From: an uncultured Spirochaetota bacterium
GTDB lineage: Bacteria; Spirochaetota; Spirochaetia; SZUA-6; Fen-1364
DNA: 64,000 nucleotides
Assembly: GCA_963781885.1 (NCBI GenBank)
Contig: CAWAHW010000001.1
Location: 128,001 to 192,000, forward strand
Direction of reading: 5' to 3'
A program made the translations under genes and the position numbers. The notes beneath the pieces were generated by a model, which saw only the letters and a program-made list of their open reading frames with translations, was not told where the DNA came from and made no database searches. The stretch's first letter is position 1. Every line of letters starts with the position of its first letter. This document shows positions 19,632 through 30,375 of this stretch, one piece after another.

Positions 19632-20066
19632 ATGACCACGGAAGTCGAGATTCAGGCTCTTGTCGACCGGGAAACGGCCGCCTGGGATCACCAGGATGCC
19701 GAAGCCCTCGTGTCTCTTTTTCACCCCGACATGGTGTGGCCATGGCCGCCGGATCCAACCGCCCACGATCCGGCCTCCTGGGTTTTCCCGCAGGGCCGCT
19801 ACAACCGAGAGCGATGGAAGGCTGCCTGGTCCGAATTGTTCGGCGCATACTCGCTCGCGCACAACGAGCGGCACACGGTTCGCATCGTCACTTCCGCCGA
19901 AGGAGACGCCGCCTTTGCGGTTGTGGACGTCGATACGCTGTGGCGCAGACGCGGTGACGGAAGCCCCCTGCATTGGAAAGGCCGCGCCTGCAAAGGTTAC
20001 ACGAAGGTTGCCGGGAGGTGGTTGCTCATATTCCACACGGGATTGCTAGACTACGGCGGCAGATGA
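19632..20066 (+). CDS. NTF2/SnoaL-like protein
   Basis: AGGAGG RBS; AWDHQDAEALVSLFHPD...WLLIFHTG pattern. Confidence 0.7.
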   Translation: MTTEVEIQALVDRETAAWDHQDAEALVSLFHPDMVWPWPPDPTAHDPASWVFPQGRYNRERWKAAWSELFGAYSLAHNERHTVRIVTSAEGDAAFAVVDVDTLWRRRGDGSPLHWKGRACKGYTKVAGRWLLIFHTGLLDYGGR

Positions 20067-20157
20067 CGGGAGGCGTGCCCGTCCCGGCCGTATGCCGAAA
20101 ATGCTCCGCGGGCTCGGTCAGGCGGACGCCGACCGCGTGCCCGCGGATTTCAGTTCG

Positions 20158-20811
20158 TTACTTCGTGTAGCCGAGCTGCATGATGAACAACGGCACCTCG
20201 TCCTTGGCGAGGTTCGCCGCCGTCGCCGCAGCGGCCGGGGTGACGTTGAACATGACGATCGAAGAAAGCTTCAGCCCGCCCGCCACCAGCCCGATGTTCT
20301 CAGCCCCGTAGCTGGCCGTGCCCATGGCCATTTCCCGCCCCGCGGCGGCATTGCCCTTGACGAAAACGGGAAGCTTCGTGGTATCGCACGTGAAAAGCAC
20401 CATGAACGCTGCCGTGGCGATGTTCTCCGTCGTGATGGTCCCGCGGGCGTCCTTGGCGGAAACCTGCTTCAGGAGGTTGCTCTCCGGCAGGTAGCGATAC
20501 ACGCCCTTGGCAGTCAGAACGTAGAGGTTGATGTAGTTGACATCCCCCGAAACCGGGAACGTCCCGCCGGCCTTGGAGGCCGAGGAAACCGCATCGGCGG
20601 TGCCCTTCATCCCATTGCCCGCCCAGACGATGGTCGACAGGTCCGCCACCGACACGTCCCGCTGCACAAACGCCCGCGCGGCGGCCCGCGCCCTGATGGC
20701 ATCGAGCACGTCCACGCCGAGCTTGGCCGGCGGCTTGGACAGGGTGATGTCCTGGCTGAAGAGCGCCGCGGCGCTCAACGCAAGAACCAGGATCAACAGA
20801 GTCTTCTTCAT
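20158..20811 (-). CDS. Nitroreductase (SagB/ThcOx-like) family protein with signal peptide
   Basis: MKKTLLILVLALSAAALFS-Q; DAIRARAAARAF, LSTIVWAGNG, ENIGL; GGAGG RBS. Confidence 0.75.
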   Translation of the reverse strand: MKKTLLILVLALSAAALFSQDITLSKPPAKLGVDVLDAIRARAAARAFVQRDVSVADLSTIVWAGNGMKGTADAVSSASKAGGTFPVSGDVNYINLYVLTAKGVYRYLPESNLLKQVSAKDARGTITTENIATAAFMVLFTCDTTKLPVFVKGNAAAGREMAMGTASYGAENIGLVAGGLKLSSIVMFNVTPAAAATAANLAKDEVPLFIMQLGYTK

Positions 20812-21019
20812 GTGTTGCCTCCATCTTTTCCCGTTGAATCGAGATTCAGAAGCCTTTCGGCCGAGGCAGCCCGGGACTGCTGTCGCTCGTTTCGCCGTCA
20901 TGCTCCGTGAGAGTACCAGAAGCCGCCGTGCCGCCTCAATTACCTTTCTCCCGATTGTCTAAAGATACTGGATTTCCCGCGCATCGTTTTGCTCCTGTTC
21001 GAAGCGGGGCCGCCGGTCT

Positions 21020-22736
21020 TCACCGAACGCCGGACGGCAGGGGCGACTTCCGCAACGCCTCCAGGGTCTGCGTGCGGACCGGCTCGGAAAGATCCGCACG
21101 GGCGCGGGCAAGCACGTCTTCATCCGTGAGCTCCGTGTCGGTCATGGAAATCAGGGCCGTTTCCGCGGTCGCATCGAAGACAATGCCACGGGGCCCTCCC
21201 GGCGTCGGCGACCATGCCTCCCATTCCGGCAGGCCCGACCCGGGACGATTGGGGTTTCCCGTCCGGGCGAACGCCGCGAGGTAATCCATCATGGCGGCCG
21301 AGAGGGCTTTGCGGCCCGGCGCATTCTGACGCGTAAAGAGGAACGACTGCATCACCGCGTCGAGCGTGTCCGTGCCGAGGAAGAATGGATACTCGAGGGA
21401 ATGGAAGGCGCCCAGCCGCCTGCCCCAGCTCCCCGGCATGGGGCTCTTCCCCCGTGCGTCCATCGCACCCCATGAAAACAGGTATGTATAGACGGGCGGC
21501 TGATCGGCATGGGAGGTGAGGCGGCGTGCCACCTCGTCCACGCCGGACACTTTCCAGCGCTCGCTGCCGTAGGTCGCCTCTGCCTGGTAGAGATCGCCCT
21601 TCCATGGGGGATTTCCTGCAAAGGCCATGAAGAGCTTCAGCTCCTCCTTGTTGCCTCCAAGGATCACCGGGACCTTTCCCGGGTAGTCGTCGCCGGAAAG
21701 GGAATCGAAGCCGTCGACCGGTATGACCGCCCCGTCGCGCAGGATGGCGGGGTTGTCCGTCATGCCCATGGCGCCTGCCGCGTAGCACCGCACGATCTGC
21801 CGATCGGTCCGGGATCGCAGAAATGTCCGGGATCTGCTGCGGGCTCATGCCGGCTGCGGCCTTCTCCGCGTCGGCCGGCGTCCGCGCCTTGCCTGCCAGC
21901 AGAAGGAGCCGGTCCAGGGCGGCCTGCGCCCGCGCATCGGCCTCGTCCATGCCGTGCGTGAGGGCAGCGCCACTTTCCGACATCGCCCGCTGGAAGAGCC
22001 CGCGGGCGGGCTCCGCGATCAGAAGAGAAAGCACGTTGAAACCGCCCGCGGATTCTCCCGTCACGGTCACGGCGTGAGGATCGCCCCCGAATGACGCGAT
22101 GTTCTGCTGGATCCACTTCAGCGCCTGGATGATGTCCAGCGTGCCATAATTGCCCGAGGCATCCTCGGCAGACGCGCCATCACGGAGCGCCGGATGCGTG
22201 AACCAGCCAAAGGGGCCCAGCCGGTAATTCATGGAGACGAAGACGACCCGCGAGCGCGCGGCGATCCTGTTGCCGAAATAATCGGGCACCATCGTCGCCG
22301 AGCCGATGGTGTTGCCGCCGCCGTGTATCCAGACATAGACGGGCAGGTCGGTCTGGCTTCCCTGCGGCCGCCAGACGTTCAGATAGAGGCAGTCCTCGGA
22401 GCCGACGATGGAGCCGCGCACCAGGACGTTGTACTGCGTGCAGCCGGCGTTGAACGACCGCGAGGCGCGGATGCCCGCCCACGGCAGGGGATCCTGCGGC
22501 GCGCGCCAGCGCAAGTCCCCCACGGGCGGCCGCGCAAACGGGATGGCCTTCCACGCGATCGTGCCGTCGGCGTCAGGGAAGCCCTGCACGAGGCCGAAAC
22601 GTGTCTGGACAACCTGGTCGCCATTCCACGCCCCGGGCTCCCGCAGGGAGCCGACGGACGGCGCCGATGCGCAGGAAATGGCAAGCAGGACCGCAACGCC
22701 GCACAGGGCTGCCCTTATTCGTGTCTGGAGCTCCAA
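21020..22736 (-). CDS. Type B carboxylesterase, probable lipoprotein, frameshift near 21810-21825
   Basis: LLAISC lipobox; EDCLYLNVW, WIHGGG, GESAGG catalytic Ser; C-terminal GAFHSLE..FARTGNPN in another frame. Confidence 0.88.
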
Positions 22737-22748
22737 TGTGCACCCCCG

Positions 22749-23762
22749 TCAGCGAAGAATCGTCAGCCTCAGGACGGTATCCAGCAGGAGACCGAGCAGG
22801 TACCAGGCCCCGAATCGCCGCGTGAAGACGAACGTGGAAGCGACGTACCACAGCGGCCATGCCTCGTCGGGATAGCCGGCGGGCTTGCGGCTGGGACGCG
22901 TCTTGCGGAACATCGGCAGGACGTTCTTGAAGAAGAAGTACAGCGAGATGAAGGGGAGCAGGAGCAGCGGCGTGAAGTACCAGGTGGCCACGAGGTACAC
23001 CAGGATGAGATACGAGAGGGCAATCATCGCGATCACGACGATGCGCGCGGCGGGCCCGCCGATCAGCACGGGAAGCGTGGTGATGTGCTTCCGACGGTCC
23101 ATATCCATCTTGTCCAGGTGCTTGCCCACAAGGGTCGCCGAGACGCCCAGCGCATAGGGAAGCCCCGCGACCACCGCAAGCCAGCTCCACGTGCCCGAAA
23201 GAACGTAGTAGGCGCCGCCGATCATGAGCGGCCCCCAGACGATGAGCAGGGAAAGCTCTCCGAGGGCAATATACTTCAGCGGCCAGGTGTAGAACAGGAG
23301 AAAGAAGGCGCCCACACCGATGAGCACCCACGTCATCCATCCCGTGAAAAGCCCGAGCACGACCCCCGCGGCCAGCGCGAGGGTTCCCGTGACGATTGCG
23401 TAGAGCAAATGCCGGCGCGCCGTGAGGAAGCCGGTCTCCAGCACCTGCGGGCCGTACTGGTCGCGGAAGTAGTTGCCCTTGTCCACGCCGCGCCGGTAGT
23501 CAACAAGGTCGTTCAGGAGATTGTTCGTGCCATGGGCCATCATGAGGCCGAAGGCGATGAGGAGCCACTTCCAGCCCGCGATGGGTCCGTCGCGCAGCGC
23601 CAGGAGCCCGCCGATGCCCGCGGAGATCAGCGACATGACCAGCGCCGCCGCGCGCGTCGCGACGAGCCAGCGCGACAGCACGTCCAGGCCGTCCCATTCC
23701 TTGCGTGAAAGGCGCGGCATGGTCTTCAGGGCCTTCACCCACATCGCCGGCTGTAATTTCAC
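22749..23762 (-). CDS. menA: UbiA-family prenyltransferase (MenA-like)
   Basis: WLVATRA, NNLLNDLVDYRRGVD, YTWPLKYIALGE, HLDKMDMD; many TM helices. Confidence 0.75.
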   Translation of the reverse strand: MKLQPAMWVKALKTMPRLSRKEWDGLDVLSRWLVATRAAALVMSLISAGIGGLLALRDGPIAGWKWLLIAFGLMMAHGTNNLLNDLVDYRRGVDKGNYFRDQYGPQVLETGFLTARRHLLYAIVTGTLALAAGVVLGLFTGWMTWVLIGVGAFFLLFYTWPLKYIALGELSLLIVWGPLMIGGAYYVLSGTWSWLAVVAGLPYALGVSATLVGKHLDKMDMDRRKHITTLPVLIGGPAARIVVIAMIALSYLILVYLVATWYFTPLLLLPFISLYFFFKNVLPMFRKTRPSRKPAGYPDEAWPLWYVASTFVFTRRFGAWYLLGLLLDTVLRLTILR

Positions 23763-23856
23763 GGTTGAAGTATAATCGCCGCACCCGCGTGCGGCTATGG
23801 CACATGCCGGTAACGCGTGCGGGCGCCGGGATCCCCGCTCTCGGGGCGACGGCATG

Positions 23857-24204
23857 CTAGGCGCGCGAGAGGAGGACTCTGCTCCATTTGCGCGACCACG
23901 GATCGAGTGGTTCCAGAAGGAGGAACAGCTCTTTTCCCAAAGCAGTCAGCGCGTAGCCGTCCAATGTCCGCGCAACGATCTTTGCCGCCTGGAGATCCTT
24001 TATGCGGCCGTTGAGGATTGAGGGTGAGATGTTCCCGCTCTTCCTTTCGCAGGCGCTCTGCAGGCTCCTGAATGTCATCGGTCCTCGAGAGAGATTCCAT
24101 ATGATACCCATCGCCCAGCGCCTGCCGAGAAGGTCGAACAAGGCCATGAGGGGTTGGCCTGTCGTGGAGCCGCGGACCGGTTTGCCGGGCCTGGGTATCG
24201 CCAT
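23857..24204 (-). CDS. HxlR-family winged-helix regulator
   Basis: LFDLLGRRWAMGII, ISPSILNGRIKDL, YALTALG. Confidence 0.85.
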   Translation of the reverse strand: MAIPRPGKPVRGSTTGQPLMALFDLLGRRWAMGIIWNLSRGPMTFRSLQSACERKSGNISPSILNGRIKDLQAAKIVARTLDGYALTALGKELFLLLEPLDPWSRKWSRVLLSRA

Positions 24205-24211
24205 AAAATGA

Positions 24212-24409
24212 CTACTGCTTCGCGGCCCTGATGTCGGTGAGGGTCCTGCCCGCGCGGCCGATATTGTCTGTATCGAGCTCGGTGATGAGGACGGTGAACT
24301 CGTTCGCCGGTATCTTCGTGATCTCGATGGCGTCGGCGGACAACTTTTCGATGAGCGCCTTCTTCTGCTCCTGACTGCTTCTCCCCATGGTGATGTGAAT
24401 GACGGGCAT
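24212..24409 (-). CDS. 4-oxalocrotonate tautomerase family protein
   Basis: M-P(1)VIHI, SQEQKKALI, NIGRAG; 65 aa; AGGAGG RBS. Confidence 0.88.
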   Translation of the reverse strand: MPVIHITMGRSSQEQKKALIEKLSADAIEITKIPANEFTVLITELDTDNIGRAGRTLTDIRAAKQ

Positions 24410-24441
24410 GCGTGAATCCTCCTTTGCCAAGAACGGATTGA

Positions 24442-24479
24442 TGCTATCTTTAAAGTAGCATGCTACCATTAAAATAGCA
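24442..24479. promoter_or_regulatory. Two abutting palindromic operators TGCTA-N9-TAGCA
   Basis: TGCTAtctttaaagTAGCA (24442-24460) and TGCTAccattaaaaTAGCA (24461-24479) upstream of the tautomerase-HxlR operon. Confidence 0.7.
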
Positions 24480-24555
24480 ATGGGTGAACAGGATACTGCC
24501 TGTCCGCCATTCCCTGACCATCGTGCCGGCATGGGCGGTCTTGCTTCTGTCACGG

Positions 24556-26382
24556 CTAAATTGCGTGTCCCTTGAATTGGCTCAGATAGAGATGGTGGTA
24601 AAAGCCGTGCATGTCGAGCAACTGCTGGTGGCTCCCCTGCTCGACGATCTCGCCGTTGTTGATGACCACCACCTTGTCGGCGTCGCGGATCGTGCTGAGG
24701 CGATGGGCGATGACAAAGCTCGTACGGCCCTGCATCAGGCGCAGCAAAGCCTTCTGAATGCGTATCTCGGTTCGCGTATCGACGCTGCTCGTCGCCTCAT
24801 CGAGGATCAATATGGCCGGGGCCGCGAGAATCGCGCGCGTGATCGACAGGAGCTGGCGTTGTCCCTGGCTCAAGTTTCCCGCGCGCTCCGAAAGGTTGGT
24901 CTGATACCCCTGCGGCAACTGGCGGATGAAATGGTCGGCTTCGGCCATTCGCGCGGCCTCGATGCACTCTTCGTCGCTGGCGTCAAGGCGACCGTAGCGG
25001 ATGTTTTCCATGACTGAATCGGCAAAGAGAAAGGTATCCTGCAATACCAGGCCCAGGTTGCGGCGAAGGTCGGCCTTCCTCAAAGCGCGAATATCTGTGC
25101 CATCGATGCTGATGCTGCCGCCCTGAACCTCGTAGAAGCGGGTGAGAAGATTCATGATGGTCGTCTTTCCCGCGCCGGTGGGACCGACGAGGGCGATGGT
25201 CTGTCCCGCCGCAACCTCCAGGGAGAAGCTCTTGATGATCGGGTTGCCTGTCATATAGCCGAACTGCACGTTGCGCATGCTCACGTCCCCGCGCATGGTC
25301 GTCGCTGGCATGGCGTCCTTTGCATCGGCGACTTCCGAAGGCGTGTCGATGATCTCGAAAACGCGCTCTGCGCCGGCAAGGGCGGCCTGTATCGAATTGT
25401 ACAGGTTGGCAAGCTGGCGCAGCGGCGAGGTAAAGTTCTGCCCATAGTTGATGAAGGTGGCAATGGTGCCGACGCTCACGAGACCCTGGAGAGCAAACCA
25501 TCCGCCCAGGCTCGCGAGCACGATCACGAAAAAACTGCCCAGCACGGAGGTGAGGGGAAACAGCAGCAAGGCGTACGAGTTTGCATAGACTCCGGCTTCA
25601 AAAACAGCCTGGTTTTTTGCCCGAAACGCGTCAATGACCGACGCGTTGCGCCTGAAGGCCTTGATCACCTTCTGGCCGCTGATGGCTTCCTCGGCGATGC
25701 TGTTGAGCTCGCCGAGACCGTTCTGCAAGTTGCGAAACCCTTTCCGCGTATACTTCGCCACGAAGCGCGTGAACCAGATCATGATGGGGACGACCAAGAC
25801 GCTCGCCAGGGCAAGCCAGTGGTTGAGCACGAACATGGTGATGAGGATCCCGAGCATGGAAATCACGCTTGCCACCAGCGATGTGATGTTCTGCGAAACG
25901 GCCTGGTTGATGGCGTCGATGTCGTTGGTGAGCCGGCTCATGAGACCGCCGGCGGCGTGCGTGTCGAAAAAGCTCATGGAAAGCGTCTGGATGTGGGAGA
26001 ACAGATCGGTGCGCACCATCTTCAGAGCCCGCTGCGAGACGCGGGCCATGATCCAGTTGGCGGCCACCTGGAATGCATTGCTCAGGACATACACCGCGAG
26101 CATGAGGGCGGAGATTCGCAGGAGGCCGGGGATATCCTTTCCGCCGATGAATTTGTCGATGGCGACGCCCAAGAGGTAGGGGCCGCCCAGACCGAGAAGG
26201 GAATACAGCAGAACGAAACCGATGACGAGACCGACGGGCAGCCCGAAAGGCTTGAGGTAGAGAACCAGGCGGGTCATCGCCCGGCGCGGGTTGCGCGCCT
26301 TTTCCATGCGCGTAAGCCGGCTGGGACGATTTTGCAGGCTGAAACGAACGTCTGAAGTCGAAGGGGGAGAACTAGTCGCCAT
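24556..26382 (-). CDS. Heterodimeric ABC exporter subunit (TM + consensus NBD)
   Basis: GPTGAGKTT, LSQGQRQ, ILDEATS, IAHRL. Confidence 0.92.
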   Translation of the reverse strand: MATSSPPSTSDVRFSLQNRPSRLTRMEKARNPRRAMTRLVLYLKPFGLPVGLVIGFVLLYSLLGLGGPYLLGVAIDKFIGGKDIPGLLRISALMLAVYVLSNAFQVAANWIMARVSQRALKMVRTDLFSHIQTLSMSFFDTHAAGGLMSRLTNDIDAINQAVSQNITSLVASVISMLGILITMFVLNHWLALASVLVVPIMIWFTRFVAKYTRKGFRNLQNGLGELNSIAEEAISGQKVIKAFRRNASVIDAFRAKNQAVFEAGVYANSYALLLFPLTSVLGSFFVIVLASLGGWFALQGLVSVGTIATFINYGQNFTSPLRQLANLYNSIQAALAGAERVFEIIDTPSEVADAKDAMPATTMRGDVSMRNVQFGYMTGNPIIKSFSLEVAAGQTIALVGPTGAGKTTIMNLLTRFYEVQGGSISIDGTDIRALRKADLRRNLGLVLQDTFLFADSVMENIRYGRLDASDEECIEAARMAEADHFIRQLPQGYQTNLSERAGNLSQGQRQLLSITRAILAAPAILILDEATSSVDTRTEIRIQKALLRLMQGRTSFVIAHRLSTIRDADKVVVINNGEIVEQGSHQQLLDMHGFYHHLYLSQFKGHAI

Positions 26383-26411
26383 CGCGCATCCCTCCGGGAA
26401 TGCATGGTTTC

Positions 26412-28154
26412 TTATTCATGAAGGCCGCCGCCCAGCTGTGAATCGTATATTTCCCTGTAGATGAGGCTTGTCTGCAGCAGCTCTGCGTGCTTCCCTTCGG
26501 CGACAATGCGCCCCTCGTCGAGCACGACGATCTTGTCCGCGTTCAACACCGTGCTGATCCGCTGCGCGACGACAAAGCTCGTGCATCCCTGCATGAGCTT
26601 TCCAAGGGCGGCTTGAATCCTCGTTTCCGTTTCCACATCCACCGCGCTCGTGCTGTCATCCAGGATGAGAACGGAAGGTCGCGTGATGAGGGCACGGGCG
26701 ATTGCAATCCGCTGTTTCTGCCCGCCCGATACATTGCCGCCGCGCTCTTCGATGTGCGTGTCGTAGCCCTGCGGCAGACGAAGGATGAAATCGTGCGCCT
26801 GCGCCGCCGTCGCCGCGGCGATCACCTCATCGTCGCTCGCATCGGGTCGACCGTAGCGGATATTGTCGCGCACCGTGCCGGAAAAGAGGATGGTTTCCTG
26901 TGGAACGATGCTGACGTGGCCGAGCAGAGAGTCCTGATGAATACGGCGCACGTCGAGCCCCTCGATCAGAACGGCTCCGCGCACGGCATCGTAGAAGCGC
27001 GGAATGAGGTTGATCAGGGTCGTCTTCCCCGAGCCCGTGGTGCCCAGAAGGGCGATGGTTTGACCCGGCTCGGCCAGGAGACAGATATTTTCCAGCACCG
27101 CCAGGTCCGAATTGCCGTTGTAATGAAAATCGACGCCGTCGAACTCCACCCTGCCCTGCATGGTGGCCGGCAGCGTCAGTGCGTCAGCGGCTTCCTTCAC
27201 GTCAGGGATTGCATTCAGGACTTCGTTGATCCTTCTGAGGGAGGCAAGGCCGTTCGCCCAGGTATTGGAAAGCTGGGTCATCTGGATGAGGGGGGTCATG
27301 GTGGCGAGCAGGTAATTCGTGAAGGCGACGATCTGGCCCAGGGACAAGGTTCCCTTGACGGATTGGATTCCGCCCAACCAGATGACCAGCACCATGCCTA
27401 TGTTGATGAGCACGGTCATCACCGGCGTCATCGACGACATGAACTGCATGACCCTCGCCGTCCCTTGTGTCAGGTCGTCGTTGGCAAGCTCAAAACGCTC
27501 CGCTTCGTGGTCCGCGCGGACAAAGGACTTGACCAGCCGGGCGCCGGAGATGTTCTCCTGCAAGACCGTATTGAGGCGATCCAGCTTCTGCTGCACGACG
27601 CGGAAGAGCGGCTCCATTTTGACGCTGAAGAATACGATGACCGCACCGGTGGCCACGAGGAGAGGGATCATGGTGGTGGCAAGCGTCGGGGCCGTCACGA
27701 ACATCAGGATGATGGCGCCTATCAAGGTAAGCGGGGCGCGCGTGCCGATGCGCAGCGATATCTGGGCCAGTCGTTGCACGGCGCTCACGTCGCTGGTGAG
27801 ACGCACCATCAGCCTTCCCGTGGAAAAGCGGTCCAGGTTGCTGTACGAAAAGTCCTGGATCTTGACGAAAATGGCTTCCCGGAGATCGCGACCCACGCTT
27901 TCACCGACGCGAACGGAAGAATTGCTGTTGAGGACGGCAACGACCGTGCTCAACAACGTGATCCCGAACATGATTGCGGAAGTGCGCAGGACGGCGTTCA
28001 TGTCCTTCCGCTTGATACCCGTGTCGATGATCTGCTCGACAAGACGAGGCACCGCGAGGTCAAGAACGACGACGCCCACAAGCATGACAAATGAGAACAA
28101 GGCCAGTTTCCAATAGGGTTTGACGAATTGGAGAAGTGTTCGGATGTCTTTCAT
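26412..28154 (-). CDS. Heterodimeric ABC exporter subunit (TM + degenerate NBD)
   Basis: GTTGSGKTT, VSGGQKQR, ILDDSTS, VAQRI (degenerate Walker B and switch, as in TM287-type exporters). Confidence 0.92.
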   Translation of the reverse strand: MKDIRTLLQFVKPYWKLALFSFVMLVGVVVLDLAVPRLVEQIIDTGIKRKDMNAVLRTSAIMFGITLLSTVVAVLNSNSSVRVGESVGRDLREAIFVKIQDFSYSNLDRFSTGRLMVRLTSDVSAVQRLAQISLRIGTRAPLTLIGAIILMFVTAPTLATTMIPLLVATGAVIVFFSVKMEPLFRVVQQKLDRLNTVLQENISGARLVKSFVRADHEAERFELANDDLTQGTARVMQFMSSMTPVMTVLINIGMVLVIWLGGIQSVKGTLSLGQIVAFTNYLLATMTPLIQMTQLSNTWANGLASLRRINEVLNAIPDVKEAADALTLPATMQGRVEFDGVDFHYNGNSDLAVLENICLLAEPGQTIALLGTTGSGKTTLINLIPRFYDAVRGAVLIEGLDVRRIHQDSLLGHVSIVPQETILFSGTVRDNIRYGRPDASDDEVIAAATAAQAHDFILRLPQGYDTHIEERGGNVSGGQKQRIAIARALITRPSVLILDDSTSAVDVETETRIQAALGKLMQGCTSFVVAQRISTVLNADKIVVLDEGRIVAEGKHAELLQTSLIYREIYDSQLGGGLHE

Positions 28155-28173
28155 CGTTCGGCGGCGCCCCTTC

Positions 28174-28629
28174 TCATGATTCCTCGGGAGTAAATGTCTT
28201 CTTCAATATCTCCATGACCTGCCGAATGCTTTTCAACTCTTTTGCGGAGAGCGACGCCATCTGCCCTTTCATCCACACGCGGTTCTCCTGGAAATTCGCT
28301 TCCAGCACCGTGCTTGCATGCCGGGTGAGCTCCAGGAGCACACAGCGTCGGTCGTCACTCTCCTGTCGGCGCGTCACGAGGCCTTTTGCCACGAGCTCGT
28401 CCACGGCCTGACTGACCGCCGAGCGGCTGATTTGCTTCTTCTCCGCCAGATCGCCCACCGACTGGTATCCTTGGCGGATATGCCGCAAAACCCGAAACTG
28501 TTCCAGCGTAATGCCGAATTTCCTTGCAGCGGCCGTCCGCAACGTGGTGCGGATGCGCTCCCAGACCGGTGGAAGCGTCTCGAGCAGACTATCCACGGCC
28601 TGTTGCCGGGTAGAATCGATGGACTTCAT
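28174..28629 (-). CDS. MarR family regulator
   Basis: ITLEQFRVL, SRSAVSQAVDELVAKGLVTR, DDRR; AAGGAG RBS. Confidence 0.9.
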   Translation of the reverse strand: MKSIDSTRQQAVDSLLETLPPVWERIRTTLRTAAARKFGITLEQFRVLRHIRQGYQSVGDLAEKKQISRSAVSQAVDELVAKGLVTRRQESDDRRCVLLELTRHASTVLEANFQENRVWMKGQMASLSAKELKSIRQVMEILKKTFTPEES

Positions 28630-28643
28630 GGGGCTCCTTAATA

Positions 28644-28674
28644 GTTAAGGCTCTTATTAATTAAGGACATTAAC
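28644..28674. promoter_or_regulatory. Probable MarR operator (imperfect TTAAG-N-(C)TTAA repeats)
   Basis: AT-rich GTTAAGGCTCTTATTAATTAAGGACATTAAC directly upstream of marR. Confidence 0.5.
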
Positions 28675-28675
28675 C

Positions 28676-29299
28676 TTATAGCGGCGCATCATCGTCTTTG
28701 TCAAGAGCGGGAAGCGTGACGGGGCGCGTCGCCCGGGCGAAGGCTTCGCGCGCGGCAACCTGCAGCCTTTCTGAGGCAAAGATCGCGGCAGCCTCGGTGT
28801 CATCGTCGGGCAGGGGCATTGCAAGGAGCCGGCGCTCGACACCCGCGCAGTAGCGCGCCAGGGTGAGGGGGTCCACGAAGCGGCACGTGCCGGGGGGAAG
28901 CGGCGCCTGCGCGGGAGTGAGCGCGCCCCACAGATGGAGCGCTTCCGCGGCGTCCCGCTGGCCGATCAGGGCATAGAACTCAGGGAAGCTCGCCCGCTTC
29001 CCGGCGGAGGCGACGGGGTGCCGGGGTAGCCATCGGGTCACCAGCCGATCCAGCCACACGTGGCTGAAGTAGCCGAAGGCAAAGGCCTTTGCCGCCGGAT
29101 CTGTGTCAAGTGAGATTCGTCGAAGGTGACGGGCAGCCCTCCTGATGACAAGGTGGGTCCGGGCCGTAGGAAGGAAGCGCCTCAGGTCGATGCAGTCGGG
29201 CGCAATGGCGCCGGCCAGGAGCTCTGGCCGCAGAAGACGGGAGTCGGCAGCCTGGGCCGCCGCATGCGCAAAGACAAGGTGCGTCGCATCGAAAGGCAT
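28676..29299 (-). CDS. Hypothetical protein, zinc-dependent phospholipase C-like motifs
   Basis: N-terminal TH, GAIAPD, RTH, GYFSHVWLD. Confidence 0.55.
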   Translation of the reverse strand: MPFDATHLVFAHAAAQAADSRLLRPELLAGAIAPDCIDLRRFLPTARTHLVIRRAARHLRRISLDTDPAAKAFAFGYFSHVWLDRLVTRWLPRHPVASAGKRASFPEFYALIGQRDAAEALHLWGALTPAQAPLPPGTCRFVDPLTLARYCAGVERRLLAMPLPDDDTEAAAIFASERLQVAAREAFARATRPVTLPALDKDDDAPL

Positions 29300-29300
29300 G

Positions 29301-30297
29301 TCAGGGCGCGGGCGAAAGCACGATGGCCGTGCGCGTGTCCGCCGCTTCCCGGCAGCGCAGCGCGATCTCCGTCACGGCGAGCGCCTCCGCCGCGGTAATG
29401 CGCATCGGCGTGCCCTCTTCGATGTGCCGGACGAAATCGTGGAACATCGACACGGGCTCTTCCTTCTCCAGCCTGCGCGGGGGGGAGTCCTGGCAGATGA
29501 TGCTCGCCTCGCCGCCGAGCACTTCCACGACGCCCTTATCGCCTGCAATGCGCACGCGGTCGTCGCCATGCGTCGGGGCGGAGCCGGGACGGAAATAGTC
29601 GAAGGTGAGGCTCGCGCAGCCCGCATTGGCCAGGCGCATGAGGCAGGCGCCCGAGCTTTCCATCTCGCCCAGCCCCTTGTTGCCCGACGTGGTCTGGGAC
29701 GCGCTCACCTCCGTGATCCTGCCTCCGCTGTACCAGTAGATCCAGTCGATGCCGTGGATGGCCACCCACGGGAATGGTCCCCCCATAGGTGGCCCGGTGC
29801 GTATAGACGGGATGCCGCGTGCCCAGCTTGTACGACTTCTGCGCCGTGATGAGGAGCGGCTCGCCCACAAGGCCGTCCTTCACCGCTTTCCACGCGGCGT
29901 AGAAGGCCGGGTGGTAGCGATAGGACAGCATGGGACAGAGATCCGCCTTGCCCTGCGCATGCGTGCGGCGAAGGCGCTCGAGCTGATCCATGGAAACGGC
30001 CATGGGTTTTTCCAGGAAGACATGAATCCCTCGCTCGAGGCATTCACAGGCGATGCGCGACTGGAGGAAGAAGAAGGGAGCCACCACCGCGACGTGCGGT
30101 TTCTCCCTGTCGAGCATGCGGCGGTAGTCGTCGTAGTAGGGAATGAGGGAGGGCTCCATCTGGTCGACGAAGAACTCGCGGGCATCCTCGTCGGCGGATC
30201 CCGGCGCCACGCCGACGAAGCTCAGCTGCGGCAGCCGATCGCGCACCTCCAGGGCGAGGTCGATGTGACCGCTGGTGCCGATGATCACTGCCTTCAC
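29301..30297 (-). CDS. Gfo/Idh/MocA oxidoreductase, frameshift near 29770
   Basis: KAVIIGTSG, HVFLEKP, GGTIP/WVAIHGID split by an extra C; GGAGG RBS. Confidence 0.88.
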
Positions 30298-30375
30298 GGG
30301 AGATCCTCCGCGGACACTATAGCCTTTTCGCCGCTGCTTGTCCCATGAGCGCAAAACGTCTACTCTTTTCCCAGC

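Noticed and set aside
23857-28680. Horizontally acquired island (looks slightly less GC-rich by eye)
   Set aside because: No integrase, transposase, tRNA or flanking direct repeats were seen, and the composition shift was not quantified
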